The notes: generated from the letters alone by a model not told the origin. 64,000 bases of DNA from Patescibacteria group bacterium (GCA_038063555.1 JBBTUX010000002.1:6806-70805); one strand, 5' to 3'; shown: positions 49,580 through 59,096, counted from the stretch's first letter. Numbers and translations are program-made.

Positions 49580-50836
49580 TCAACTATTCTTTCGCCACAT
49601 AGCTATGTTGATGAGCATGCCGATGAAAGACATAATGACAAAAGCCGATACTAATCCCATTATTCCACCTTGTATTCCAAGGACTAAATAAAGAATAATT
49701 TTAAGAATATTTTGAATTAAGCTGTTTGTAAAAATAACCCTAGACAATTTTTGAGAAACCAAAAGCAAGCTGACGTAGCGGTTGGGGATGGCGAATACAA
49801 AGCTAACTGCCAATATTTGTGAATAAGTTACGGCGTCTATATATTGTGGAAGCAAGTATTTGAATAAATATGGAGCAACCAATATATAGCTAATAAAACA
49901 CACGAGCCCCACCGCGATACCTTGAAAAGTTCTCAAATAGAAAGTTTCATTTATTTCTCGAGGTGTCTTTGTGGCAAATTTCGGAAAACCTAAACCGACC
50001 CAGTTTTTTATTAAATAAGTTGCTCTGTCCGGAATGGCGATTGCGAGTGAGTATAGTGCGAGCTGGGCTACTCCATAGAAGTGAGCCAGAATAATCTTGT
50101 CTATTTGCGAGGCAACTGGACCGATAAACCCAATGAAGGTTAGCTCCCGGCCATATTTCAAGGTTTCTTCGGTCGGTGTTTTGGGTGGCTTGAATGTGTA
50201 TAAAGTGAACAAATAAAAAAATAAAGTGGTGGCGAAGGTCGTCGCGGCATAGGTGATAATTAACCAGATGATTTCCTTGGTTAAGAGCAATGTGGCCAGC
50301 ATTCCCAATCCGTATACAAAAGTGGAAACGATACTTGAAATACTTGCCAATTTGAATTCTTTTTTGCCTTCAAGATAAGCTCCGTATGTATTAAAAGCTA
50401 AAGTGGCTGGGACAAATATTCCTAAAATAAGAAATGACATCGCGAATAGCGAATCGTCTTGCATAAAATAATAACCGCTAAGCGCCCAAAAAGCGGAGAG
50501 CATTAGTATGTTCCACCTGAGCTGATATCTGACGGATGTTTGAAGCGCTCCCTCTTGTCCTGCTGCTACCGCTCTTGCAACGGCGCCATTCATTCCGGTA
50601 AGCGAGAAAACATTCAATATGGCGGCCAAAGAAAGAATATATCTATAGAGACCATATGTTTCTTTTGGTAACAGATTGGCAAAAGCAATTACTAGTAAGA
50701 GCGATAAAACGTTTGATGCTACTTGCCCGAATGTTATCCAGAAACTTCCCTTGGCGACATATACCATATCAATCTTTAAAAAGCGCTCGCTGAAACGAAG
50801 CGCTTCAAGGGACTTTTGTTTTAGGCCGGCAATCAT
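49580..50836 (-). CDS. Wzx-type oligosaccharide flippase
   Basis: ~12 TMs; L.KE.YGLY, IDKIIL. Confidence 0.85.
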   Translation of the reverse strand: MIAGLKQKSLEALRFSERFLKIDMVYVAKGSFWITFGQVASNVLSLLLVIAFANLLPKETYGLYRYILSLAAILNVFSLTGMNGAVARAVAAGQEGALQTSVRYQLRWNILMLSAFWALSGYYFMQDDSLFAMSFLILGIFVPATLAFNTYGAYLEGKKEFKLASISSIVSTFVYGLGMLATLLLTKEIIWLIITYAATTFATTLFFYLFTLYTFKPPKTPTEETLKYGRELTFIGFIGPVASQIDKIILAHFYGVAQLALYSLAIAIPDRATYLIKNWVGLGFPKFATKTPREINETFYLRTFQGIAVGLVCFISYILVAPYLFKYLLPQYIDAVTYSQILAVSFVFAIPNRYVSLLLVSQKLSRVIFTNSLIQNILKIILYLVLGIQGGIMGLVSAFVIMSFIGMLINIAMWRKNS

Positions 50837-51050
50837 ATGAAGTAAAACTATGTTAGCTTGGCTGAAGTTTCTTGGCTAGTCATCAATAAGGAGTAATGCT
50901 ATAGTGTCGCCTTATGAATCCTGTTAGTAGAAAATGGCATTAGAAACAGTGTCAATTTATATACTATGAGCAAAAGGTTGAATATTATTAAAATAATACA
51001 AATTTGGTTAATCTACTTCTAAAAGAAGTGATGCCATTTTTCACTACAGG

Positions 51051-53408
51051 ATGAATAACGTCCTCCGGTATACAATTTTACTCGGTTTATTTTCAATACC
51101 GTTTATTCCTCTCATTGTTTCTAGTTCAATGTTTTTTCCGTTTATAACTGGGAAAAATTTTACTTTCCGAATCATAGTAGAAATTATCTTTGCTCTATGG
51201 CTCATTCTTTCTCTAAGAGAAGCTCTATATAGACCTAAGTTCTCTGGCATTTTAGCCGCTTTCGCTGTTTTTGTGGGAATCGTTGCTATCGCAGACTTAA
51301 ATAGCGAATATGCCTTTAAAAGTCTTTGGAGCAATTATGAACGTATGGAGGGTTTGGTAACTTTGGTTCACTTGCTCGCATATTTTGTCGTTCTTGGTTC
51401 AATGTTTATAAAACGTTCTACTTGGGATCATTTCTTTAACTTAATGCTTGTGGTGTCCTCTGGTCTTTCCACTTATGGACTTTTTCAATTGGCAGGGTTT
51501 CTCATTATAAATCAAGGAGGCATTAGAGTAGATGGAACTTTAGGTAATGCCACCTATTTTGCAATTTATCTTGTCTTTCACTTCTTTTTGGCTTTGATGT
51601 TGGCAATTAGGCAGAAAGGTAAAGATTGGGATGCGATTTCGCGCGCCGTAATTACCGCTTCTGCTATTTTTGTTCCCTTGATAATGTTTGGTTTTTTGCC
51701 GGCAAACGCCAGCATAAAAGAAGGTAGGGAAATTTTCGCTTGGATTATACCTATTATAAGTTTAATCACAGTTGGGCTTTCTTTTCTTTCTCGTCAATAT
51801 CTTTATTTATTCCTTGGAGCCATTTATTCTCTTGTTCTTTATTACACGGCAACTCGTGGCGCCATCTTGGGATTAATTGGGGGGGTTTTGCTCGCCTCGC
51901 TTCTCGTTGCTTTGTTTGAAAAAGAAGAAAAGAATTTGAAGAAAATTTCTTGGGGAGTAATTGGCGCCGTTTTCATACTAATAGTTGGCTTTTTCTTTAT
52001 TCGTAACACTGAATTTGTAAAAACAAGTCCAGTTTTGAATCGTTTTGCCACTATTTCCATAAACGAAACCAAGACCCAGGCTCGCGCCTATGTTTGGCCA
52101 ATGGCCATAGAAGGATTTAAGGAAAGGCCAATTTTAGGATGGGGGCAAGAAAGTTTTAATTATGTTTTTAACAAACATTATAATCCGGCAATGTTTAACC
52201 ACGAGCCGTGGTTTGATAGAACGCATAATGTTTTTCTAGATTGGCTTATAGCGAGTGGCATCTTGGGACTTTTGGGGTATTTGTCTTTATATGGCTTTGG
52301 TCTTTACGCTTTGTGGAAAAAAAGTGACATGACATTTGCGGAAAAGGCAGTATTAATAGGACTTTTTTCCGCCTATGTTTTCCACAATTTCTTTGTCTTT
52401 GATAATTTGGTTAGCTACTTGCTCTTTGTCATATTTCTCGCCTTTCTTCATTTTGATACGGCCAAGGATTTCCCCGAAAGAGTATCTCTTCCTTTCAGAT
52501 CGTTCACCAATTTGGGCAACATTGGTTTTTCAATGGTCAGCATTATTGTGATCGCCACCACTGTTTGGGGAATATATGCGATAAATGGTAAGGCAATATC
52601 GGCAAACACCACTTTAATTAATGCTATTAACGGTGATAACAAATTGAGCGTAACCGATAGATTGAAAACTTTTCAAAAAGCGATTGATTATGGAAGTTTT
52701 GGTAATCAAGAAATTCGTGAGCAACTTTTCCAGTCTATGAATAGTGTTTCCCAGGTGGATTCGGTTTCTTCTCAAGACAAGGAGGCGTTTTATCAATACA
52801 CTAAGTCCCAATATGAGGAAATGATTAAAGAAGCGCCGAATGACGTAAGGCATCATATGTTTTTTGGCTCTTTGTTAAGCAGTCATCGCGACTACCAAGC
52901 TGGGCTAAATGAACTTTTAATAGCGCAGAAACTTTCGCCTAAAAAACAAACCATCCTTTTTGAGATTGCAAGATTACGTTTAATTGTTGGCGATAGTGCG
53001 GGCGCCATTAATATCTTAAAAGATACATTGGCTTTGGCGCCGAATAATACAGAAGCTCGTATTAATTTGGCAACAGCCGCCATATATTCAGGGCAAAACG
53101 AATTAGCCAATCAAGTTCTTTTGGAGGGATTTAACACAGTGGCTTATCCTCATGAGCAGCTTTTGCGCGCTTATTATGATACTAAACAATTTAATCAAGT
53201 TCTTGCCATATGGATTAGTAGAGCCAACGCTGAACCAAGTTCTCGAAATTATGCTGGGGTTGCCGCTTCTTATTTGCAACTTGGAAGAAGAATTGATGAC
53301 AGAATAGCTTTAGAAAAAGCGCGAGATCTGGAACTTAATCCAAGTGCTAAATCTCAATATCAAAAATTTATAGATGATTTGGTGGCAGGGAAAAATATTT
53401 TGAAGTAA
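51051..53408 (+). CDS. O-antigen ligase/O-oligosaccharyltransferase family protein with C-terminal TPR-like region
   Basis: GTLGNA, TRGA.LG, R.YVW, RPILGWG, DRTHN.FLD; helical C-terminus. Confidence 0.85.
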   Translation: MNNVLRYTILLGLFSIPFIPLIVSSSMFFPFITGKNFTFRIIVEIIFALWLILSLREALYRPKFSGILAAFAVFVGIVAIADLNSEYAFKSLWSNYERMEGLVTLVHLLAYFVVLGSMFIKRSTWDHFFNLMLVVSSGLSTYGLFQLAGFLIINQGGIRVDGTLGNATYFAIYLVFHFFLALMLAIRQKGKDWDAISRAVITASAIFVPLIMFGFLPANASIKEGREIFAWIIPIISLITVGLSFLSRQYLYLFLGAIYSLVLYYTATRGAILGLIGGVLLASLLVALFEKEEKNLKKISWGVIGAVFILIVGFFFIRNTEFVKTSPVLNRFATISINETKTQARAYVWPMAIEGFKERPILGWGQESFNYVFNKHYNPAMFNHEPWFDRTHNVFLDWLIASGILGLLGYLSLYGFGLYALWKKSDMTFAEKAVLIGLFSAYVFHNFFVFDNLVSYLLFVIFLAFLHFDTAKDFPERVSLPFRSFTNLGNIGFSMVSIIVIATTVWGIYAINGKAISANTTLINAINGDNKLSVTDRLKTFQKAIDYGSFGNQEIREQLFQSMNSVSQVDSVSSQDKEAFYQYTKSQYEEMIKEAPNDVRHHMFFGSLLSSHRDYQAGLNELLIAQKLSPKKQTILFEIARLRLIVGDSAGAINILKDTLALAPNNTEARINLATAAIYSGQNELANQVLLEGFNTVAYPHEQLLRAYYDTKQFNQVLAIWISRANAEPSSRNYAGVAASYLQLGRRIDDRIALEKARDLELNPSAKSQYQKFIDDLVAGKNILK

Positions 53409-53416
53409 GTATAGAT

Positions 53417-53444
53417 TTGACTTTTAGCTCAAATTTGCTATAAT
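53417..53444 (+). promoter_or_regulatory. near-consensus sigma70 promoter
   Basis: TTGACT-16 nt-TATAAT with TGn extension. Confidence 0.7.
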
Positions 53445-53449
53445 GGGGC

Positions 53450-53523
53450 GCAAGTGAGTGCTAACAAATTCTGTTAGTTCTAACGAATGTCTGCGAAAAG
53501 GCCTCCGTAAGGGGGCCTTTTCG
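53450..53523 (+). ncRNA. candidate ~75-nt small RNA
   Basis: Between the promoter and a 13-bp GUAA-capped hairpin (53494-53523); internal CTAACA/TGTTAG hairpin; no ORF. Confidence 0.5.
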
Positions 53524-53557
53524 TGCCTATGGAAAGAGCTTTTGCTATACTTTGACC

Positions 53558-53650
53558 GAGGGAATTTTCAATTGTTCCTATATATGGCTCCCGGCTGCAC
53601 TCACTTAAGACATTAGTTTTGGAGCTGGCACCCGGGGGCCATATGTCGGC
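53558..53650 (+). ncRNA. candidate structured RNA or murB leader
   Basis: TGCTATACT extended -10 (53543-53551); 13-bp stem 53582-53594/53632-53644. Confidence 0.4.
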
Positions 53651-53706
53651 GTAATTTTTTATTCATCCAGTTTAGAGACAAATTAAATTAACAACACCAG
53701 CCTATT

Positions 53707-54744
53707 ATGACCAGCGGTATCTCTAACGGGATAAAGGAAAATGTTTCTCTAAAGCCATTAACAACATTTCGTATCGGCGGGAAAGCCCGCTTTTTTTGTT
53801 TAATAAACAATATAGAAGACCTTAAAAAGGCGACCAATTTTGCTAAAGAAAATAAACTTGAAATTTTTATTTTAGGAGGAGGTTCAAATATTTTGGTTGC
53901 CGACGAAGGATTTTCTGGAGTTGTCATTCGCATGAACATTTTGGGAACCGAAATTAAAAAGAGCGCTGATGGCACACAGGTTTCTGTTGGAGCGGGAGTT
54001 TCTTGGGATGAATTTGTCGGAGAGATGGTTTTAAAAAATATATACGGACTTGAAAATCTTTCTCTAATCCCAGGAAGTGTGGGAGCCGCCCCTATTCAAA
54101 ATATCGGCGCTTATGGAAAAGAGGTGAAAGATTTTATAGATTCGGTAGAAGTTTTTGATATCAAAAATCTAAAAGAAGTAAAATTAAGTAACAAGGATTG
54201 CAATTTTTCTTACAGAGACAGTATTTTTAAAAAAGAAGATGGTAAAAATTTAGTCATTACCAGAGTTAACTTTTTGCTAAATGGTAATTTTAATCCCGAT
54301 ATAACTTACAAGGATTTAAAAGATTATTTTTTGGGAAAAGAGCCAGAAATTACCCCTTTCAAACTTCGCCAAGCGGTGATTTCCATAAGAAAAGGCAAAT
54401 TACCTGACCTAAAAGTATATGGCACGGCTGGGTCATTTTTTAAAAACCCTATAATTGATGAAGATTTGACGAGATCTCTCTTAGGAAATTATCCTAACAT
54501 TCCTAATTGGAGAGACCGTGACGGAAAAACGAAGGTTTCGGCAGGGTTTCTCATAGACAAGGTCTGCGGTTTGGGCAAAGAACAAGTGGGGGATGCTTGT
54601 GTTTGGGAAAAGCAAAACTTAGTTTTGATAAATAAAGGCGAGGCGATGGCTAAAGATGTTCTAGAGCTTTCGGGAAAAATAAAAAAATGTGTTAAGGAAA
54701 AGACGGGAATAAATCTCGAACAAGAAGTGCAATTTATTTCCTGA
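53707..54744 (+). CDS. murB: UDP-N-acetylenolpyruvoylglucosamine reductase
   Basis: TTFRIGG, LGGGSN, GLENL..IPG.VG, QNIGAYG, FSYRDS, AGSFFKNP, LEQEV. Confidence 0.95.
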   Translation: MTSGISNGIKENVSLKPLTTFRIGGKARFFCLINNIEDLKKATNFAKENKLEIFILGGGSNILVADEGFSGVVIRMNILGTEIKKSADGTQVSVGAGVSWDEFVGEMVLKNIYGLENLSLIPGSVGAAPIQNIGAYGKEVKDFIDSVEVFDIKNLKEVKLSNKDCNFSYRDSIFKKEDGKNLVITRVNFLLNGNFNPDITYKDLKDYFLGKEPEITPFKLRQAVISIRKGKLPDLKVYGTAGSFFKNPIIDEDLTRSLLGNYPNIPNWRDRDGKTKVSAGFLIDKVCGLGKEQVGDACVWEKQNLVLINKGEAMAKDVLELSGKIKKCVKEKTGINLEQEVQFIS

Positions 54745-55013
54745 TTATTTTCTTTGGATTTATTTTTAAGTTGTCAGTTTTTAATTTTAAATTATTTCCC
54801 ACTAAATTTTTTGTAAAAAACTTAGTGGGAAAGTTATCCACATAATTTTGTAAAAAAATATTGTGAAAGATTTTATTAGAGGGATAATTGTATTTAGAAG
54901 TAGTGGTTTGTTGTTTTTCTCTTTCGGAATGACACTTTGTAAATATTTTTATGAATGTGCCGAAAAGAGAGGTCGGCAGCATCCGCGAATTATAAAGTAG
55001 TTCTAATACCGAA

Positions 55014-55076
55014 ATGGCAAAGAAAAGAAAGGCCGCAAAAAAGAAGGCCAAGAAGTCAAGAAAGAAGAAGATGTAA
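55014..55076 (+). CDS. 20-aa Lys/Arg-rich peptide MAKKRKAAKKKAKKSRKKKM (below ORF-track cutoff)
   Basis: ATG..TAA read directly; followed by its own terminator. Confidence 0.6.
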   Translation: MAKKRKAAKKKAKKSRKKKM

Positions 55077-55104
55077 ATCTTCTTCTAAGGACTTCTCACT
55101 TAAG

Positions 55105-55147
55105 GCAAGGGACCATCTCTCAAAAGGAGAAGGTCCTTTGCTTTTTT
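55105..55147 (+). terminator. intrinsic terminator
   Basis: GCAAGGGACC..GGTCCTTTGC plus TTTTTT. Confidence 0.7.
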
Positions 55148-55185
55148 GGCCTATTTTTAAGAGCTAAATATGCTAAAATGTCCCA

Positions 55186-57690
55186 ATGTTTAAATGGTTT
55201 GAGGGTTTTGCCGACAGTGGACAGGGCGCTCTGAAAAAGGCGGAAAAAGAGCTTCAAAAAGTTAATGCTTTTGAGGAGAAAATTGTCGCGCTTTCAGACG
55301 ATGCTTTAAAAGCAAAAACTTTGGAATTCAAGGAGCGTTATCAAAAGGAGGAAACATTAGATGATTTACTCCCCGAGGCCTTTGCTGTTGTTCGTGAAGC
55401 CGCTAAGCGTTTCCGGGGTGAACGTCATTATGATGTGCAAATAATAGGCGGCATCGTTCTTCATCGTCGCGGTATTGCGGAAATGAAAACTGGTGAAGGA
55501 AAAACTTTGGTGGCAACCTTACCTGTTTATTTGAATGCCATTTCCGCTAAGGGAGTGCATGTAATTACGGTTAATGATTATCTCTCCCGACGTGACGCTG
55601 TTTGGATGGGAGAAATTTATTCTTTTTTGGGATTATCGGTCGGAGTTTTAAATCATGACTCTTCTTTCCTTTATGACCCCAAGCACGGCAACAACCAACA
55701 ACTAACAACCAACAACCAACAAGAGGATGCGAAAGACGAGGAAAGAGACAAGTTGGGTTCATTTAAAGTGATGCATGAATTTTTACGCCCAGTGACAAGG
55801 AAAGAAGCTTATCAAGCTGATATAACTTATGGCACGAATAGCGAATTTGGCTTTGATTACTTAAGGGATAATCTTGAATACAGTAAAGAGTCATTGAGAC
55901 AAAGACCGCACGCTTTTGCTGTAGTGGATGAAATTGACTCTATTTTAATAGATGAAGCAAGGACCCCCTTAATAATATCGGCGCCTTCTTCAGAAAGCGC
56001 AGAACTTTACAACGTCTTTGCTAAAATTGCTCGACAAATGAAAAAGGACGAGGATTTTTTGATTGATGAAAAACTAAAAGCTATAACTTTGACCGATGAA
56101 GGAATAAACAAAGCAGAAAAAACATTGGGTGTTTCCAATATTTATACGGAAAAAGGCATTAAATATGTGCATCACTTGGAAACGGCCATAAAAGCGTCGG
56201 CTCTTTTTGAAAAAGATAAAGAATATGTTGTAAAAAACGATGAAATTATCATAGTGGATGAATTTACAGGGCGACTTCAACCAGGTAGACGTTGGAGTGA
56301 AGGGTTACACCAAGCTATTGAAGCCAAAGAAGGAGTTTCCGTGCAAAAGGAATCCCGCACCTTTGCATCAATCACCTATCAAAATTATTTCCGTCTTTAC
56401 GAAAAACTTTCGGGGATGACAGGAACGGCCCTCACTTCATCTGAAGAATTTTATAAAGTTTATGGTTTGGAAGTTGTGGCTATTCCTACCAATAGACCTT
56501 CGGCAAGAATGGATTTTGAAGACCAAATTTTCCAAACTGAAAAAGGAAAATTGAAAGCCATAGCTTCTCGAGTCAAAGACCTGCACCAGAAGGGCCAACC
56601 AGTTTTAATAGGTACGGTTTCAATTGAAAAAAATGAACTTCTTTCTGCTTACTTAAAGCAAGAAGGAATACCGCACGAAATACTTAATGCTAAAAATCAT
56701 GAGCGTGAAGGAGAAATTATTGCTCAAGCTGGAAAAAAAGGACAAGTAACAATAGCGACCAACATGGCGGGACGCGGGGTGGATATAAAGTTGGGGGGAA
56801 ATCCAGCAACAAATGAAGAATATGAAGAAGTGAAGAAGAATGGCGGACTTTTTGTCCTGGGAACCGAGCGACACGAAGCGCGACGTATAGATAATCAGCT
56901 CCGCGGTCGTTCTGCCCGTCAGGGCGACTCAGGCGCCACACAATTTTTTGTTTCATTGGAGGATTCTTTAATGAGAGTTTTTGCGTCCGATACTATAAAA
57001 AATATGATGGGACGTTTTGGTATTCCCGAAGACCAGCCAATTGAAAATCGTCTCATAACTCGCTCCCTTGAATCGGCTCAAACTAAAATTGAAGGATTTC
57101 ATTTTGATTCCAGGAAACACATTCTTGAATACGATGACATTTTGAATCACCAACGCACCATAATGTATTCTCGCCGTCGCGACATGCTTTTAGGAGAAAA
57201 TGAAGCGGTGGATGTATTTCTAGAACAAGTAATTTTAGGAGATGAGAATTTGGCCGCGAAAGTTCAGCAATTAAAACAAAAAATAGGAGCTGAGAATTTT
57301 TATTTGAATTTACGCCGTTTGGTTTTACAAACAATAGATTTATTTTGGATTGACCACTTGGAAGCGATGGATTACTTACGCTCATCGGTCAATTTGCGTG
57401 CTTATGGTCAACGTGACCCATTGGTGGAATATAAAAAAGAAGGATTGAAAATTTTTAAAGAAATGGAAGAGGGAATGTTTAATGAGATTACTCGTCTACT
57501 TCCAATTTTAGCTGAAGGAGCTCTCGCTATGGAGAAACAATCGGAGTTAACTGAAGTTAAAGAAGGAGCGGAATCAATAACTTCTTCAACAAAAAGTAGC
57601 CCAGATAATTCAGGTATACCTAAGGTTGGCCGAAACGAACAGTGCCCCTGCGGAAGTGGCAAGAAGTATAAACATTGTCATGGGAAGTAG
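55186..57690 (+). CDS. secA: preprotein translocase ATPase SecA
   Basis: MKTGEGKT, DEIDSILIDEARTPLIIS, TNMAGRG.DI, RIDNQLRGR, CPCGSGKKYKHCHG. Confidence 0.98.
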   Translation: MFKWFEGFADSGQGALKKAEKELQKVNAFEEKIVALSDDALKAKTLEFKERYQKEETLDDLLPEAFAVVREAAKRFRGERHYDVQIIGGIVLHRRGIAEMKTGEGKTLVATLPVYLNAISAKGVHVITVNDYLSRRDAVWMGEIYSFLGLSVGVLNHDSSFLYDPKHGNNQQLTTNNQQEDAKDEERDKLGSFKVMHEFLRPVTRKEAYQADITYGTNSEFGFDYLRDNLEYSKESLRQRPHAFAVVDEIDSILIDEARTPLIISAPSSESAELYNVFAKIARQMKKDEDFLIDEKLKAITLTDEGINKAEKTLGVSNIYTEKGIKYVHHLETAIKASALFEKDKEYVVKNDEIIIVDEFTGRLQPGRRWSEGLHQAIEAKEGVSVQKESRTFASITYQNYFRLYEKLSGMTGTALTSSEEFYKVYGLEVVAIPTNRPSARMDFEDQIFQTEKGKLKAIASRVKDLHQKGQPVLIGTVSIEKNELLSAYLKQEGIPHEILNAKNHEREGEIIAQAGKKGQVTIATNMAGRGVDIKLGGNPATNEEYEEVKKNGGLFVLGTERHEARRIDNQLRGRSARQGDSGATQFFVSLEDSLMRVFASDTIKNMMGRFGIPEDQPIENRLITRSLESAQTKIEGFHFDSRKHILEYDDILNHQRTIMYSRRRDMLLGENEAVDVFLEQVILGDENLAAKVQQLKQKIGAENFYLNLRRLVLQTIDLFWIDHLEAMDYLRSSVNLRAYGQRDPLVEYKKEGLKIFKEMEEGMFNEITRLLPILAEGALAMEKQSELTEVKEGAESITSSTKSSPDNSGIPKVGRNEQCPCGSGKKYKHCHGK
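55689..55722 (+). repeat. 7-bp tandem repeat (YAACAAC x5) inside secA
   Basis: CAACAAC CAACAAC TAACAAC CAACAAC CAACAA; encodes NNQQLTTNNQQ. Confidence 0.9.
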
Positions 57691-57694
57691 AAGT

Positions 57695-58084
57695 ATGTCG
57701 CCAATAGAAATCAGAAAATCTGAAATAGAAGGAAAAGGAGTATTCGCAGCCCGCAACATCGAGAAGGGCGAGCATGTGTATTCCTATCCAAGTGGTAAAA
57801 TTATTGGCGCATCTGATATCTTGCGAATTCCAGAGAATGATAAGCGGTACTTGGACAAGATTGGAGATGGTAAGTTCGAGATTATTGAACCACCAGCACG
57901 ATACGTAAATCATTCGTGTAATCCGAATATTGAAGAAAAAGACAGAAAGGCATTTGCCCTAAGGGATATAAAACGAGGTGAAGAGATAACAATTGATTAT
58001 GATAAGATTGCCTATATTGAAAAGCCGTTTAAATGCCAATGTGACTCAAAGAATTGCAGGAGATTAGTGCGGGGGAAGCAATAA
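57695..58084 (+). CDS. SET-domain protein with post-SET cysteines
   Basis: GKGVFA, RYVNHSCNPN, GEEITIDY, CQCDSKNCR; start MSPIE. Confidence 0.9.
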   Translation: MSPIEIRKSEIEGKGVFAARNIEKGEHVYSYPSGKIIGASDILRIPENDKRYLDKIGDGKFEIIEPPARYVNHSCNPNIEEKDRKAFALRDIKRGEEITIDYDKIAYIEKPFKCQCDSKNCRRLVRGKQ

Positions 58085-58098
58085 GAAATAAAATTGTC

Positions 58099-58518
58099 AT
58101 GGGAAATAAAAGAAAAGTCTCGATATTAATTCCTTATAAAATCAGAAAGGGGAACACTCTAGTTTTTCTTCAGAAACGTTCAAAAGATGCCAAAAGACTT
58201 CCTGATTATTTTGGATTTTTTGGTGGAGGAGCGGAAGGAAATGAAAATCCGGAAGACGCTCTGAGGAGGGAAATCAAAGAAGAGTTGAATTACATACCAA
58301 CGGGTTACAGATTTCTTAAGAAGTATGATTTTACAGGTAGTATTAAAGATATATTTTTTCTTGAAGTAAGCAATGATTTTGAAAAGGAGATAACTGTTTT
58401 GGAGGGAGATTATGGAAAATGGTTTTCCGAAAGAGAATTTGAGAAAGAACAAAAATTAATTGAGGAAGATAAAATTGTTTTACGAGATTTATTCAAATTA
58501 CTAAAAAATGAAAAATAA
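58099..58518 (+). CDS. NUDIX hydrolase
   Basis: GGGAEGNENPEDALRREIKEEL. Confidence 0.88.
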   Translation: MGNKRKVSILIPYKIRKGNTLVFLQKRSKDAKRLPDYFGFFGGGAEGNENPEDALRREIKEELNYIPTGYRFLKKYDFTGSIKDIFFLEVSNDFEKEITVLEGDYGKWFSEREFEKEQKLIEEDKIVLRDLFKLLKNEK

Positions 58519-58828
58519 ATTTGTACAAATTCAAACTACAGTTGCCAATAAAAAAGACGCTGAAAAGATTGCCAAAGTATTGAGTCAGAGAAAATTATCT
58601 GCTTGCACGCAAATAATTGGCCCAGTCACAAGTATTTATCGATGGAAAGGAAAATTGGAAAACTCTAAAGAATTTTTAATTCTAATAAAAACAAAATTAA
58701 ATCTCTATAAAAAAGTAGAGAAAGTAATCAAAGAAAATCATCCTTACGAATTACCCGAAATTATCGTTACCCCCATTATTGCTGGAAGTAAAGAATACTT
58801 AAACTGGTTAAACAAAGAGATAAAATAA
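58508..58828 (+). CDS. cutA: divalent-cation tolerance protein CutA
   Basis: SAC.Q, SIYRWKG, KT, HPYELPEI, YLNWL. Confidence 0.92.
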   Translation: MKNKFVQIQTTVANKKDAEKIAKVLSQRKLSACTQIIGPVTSIYRWKGKLENSKEFLILIKTKLNLYKKVEKVIKENHPYELPEIIVTPIIAGSKEYLNWLNKEIK

Positions 58829-58832
58829 AAGT

Positions 58833-59096
58833 ATGGAAAATTTTGAACAAAGAATACAAAAAATTGAGGAGAGAAACGAAAGGGTGGAAAAGGACAAAGC
58901 TTGGGAAACAAGTTGGACTCGAAAAATTGTCCTAGCCATTTTTACATACTTAGTCATAGGCCTGTTTTTGTGGGTAATTGAAATCCAAAAACCATGGCTT
59001 AATGCTCTAGTTCCAACAGCCGGTTTTCTAATCTCAACCCTGACCATACCGTTATTCAAAAAAGTTTGGTTAAAATACACAGAAAATGGAAAATAG
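58833..59096 (+). CDS. small membrane protein
   Basis: RN.RVE.DKAWETS plus two TMs. Confidence 0.7.
   Translation: MENFEQRIQKIEERNERVEKDKAWETSWTRKIVLAIFTYLVIGLFLWVIEIQKPWLNALVPTAGFLISTLTIPLFKKVWLKYTENGK

Noticed and set aside
53445-53650. tRNA, tmRNA or SRP RNA
   Set aside because: No T-arm GTTCRA, no CCA end and no SRP domain IV motif seen.
54745-54950. Replication origin
   Set aside because: Only one clear DnaA box and no dnaA/dnaN nearby.
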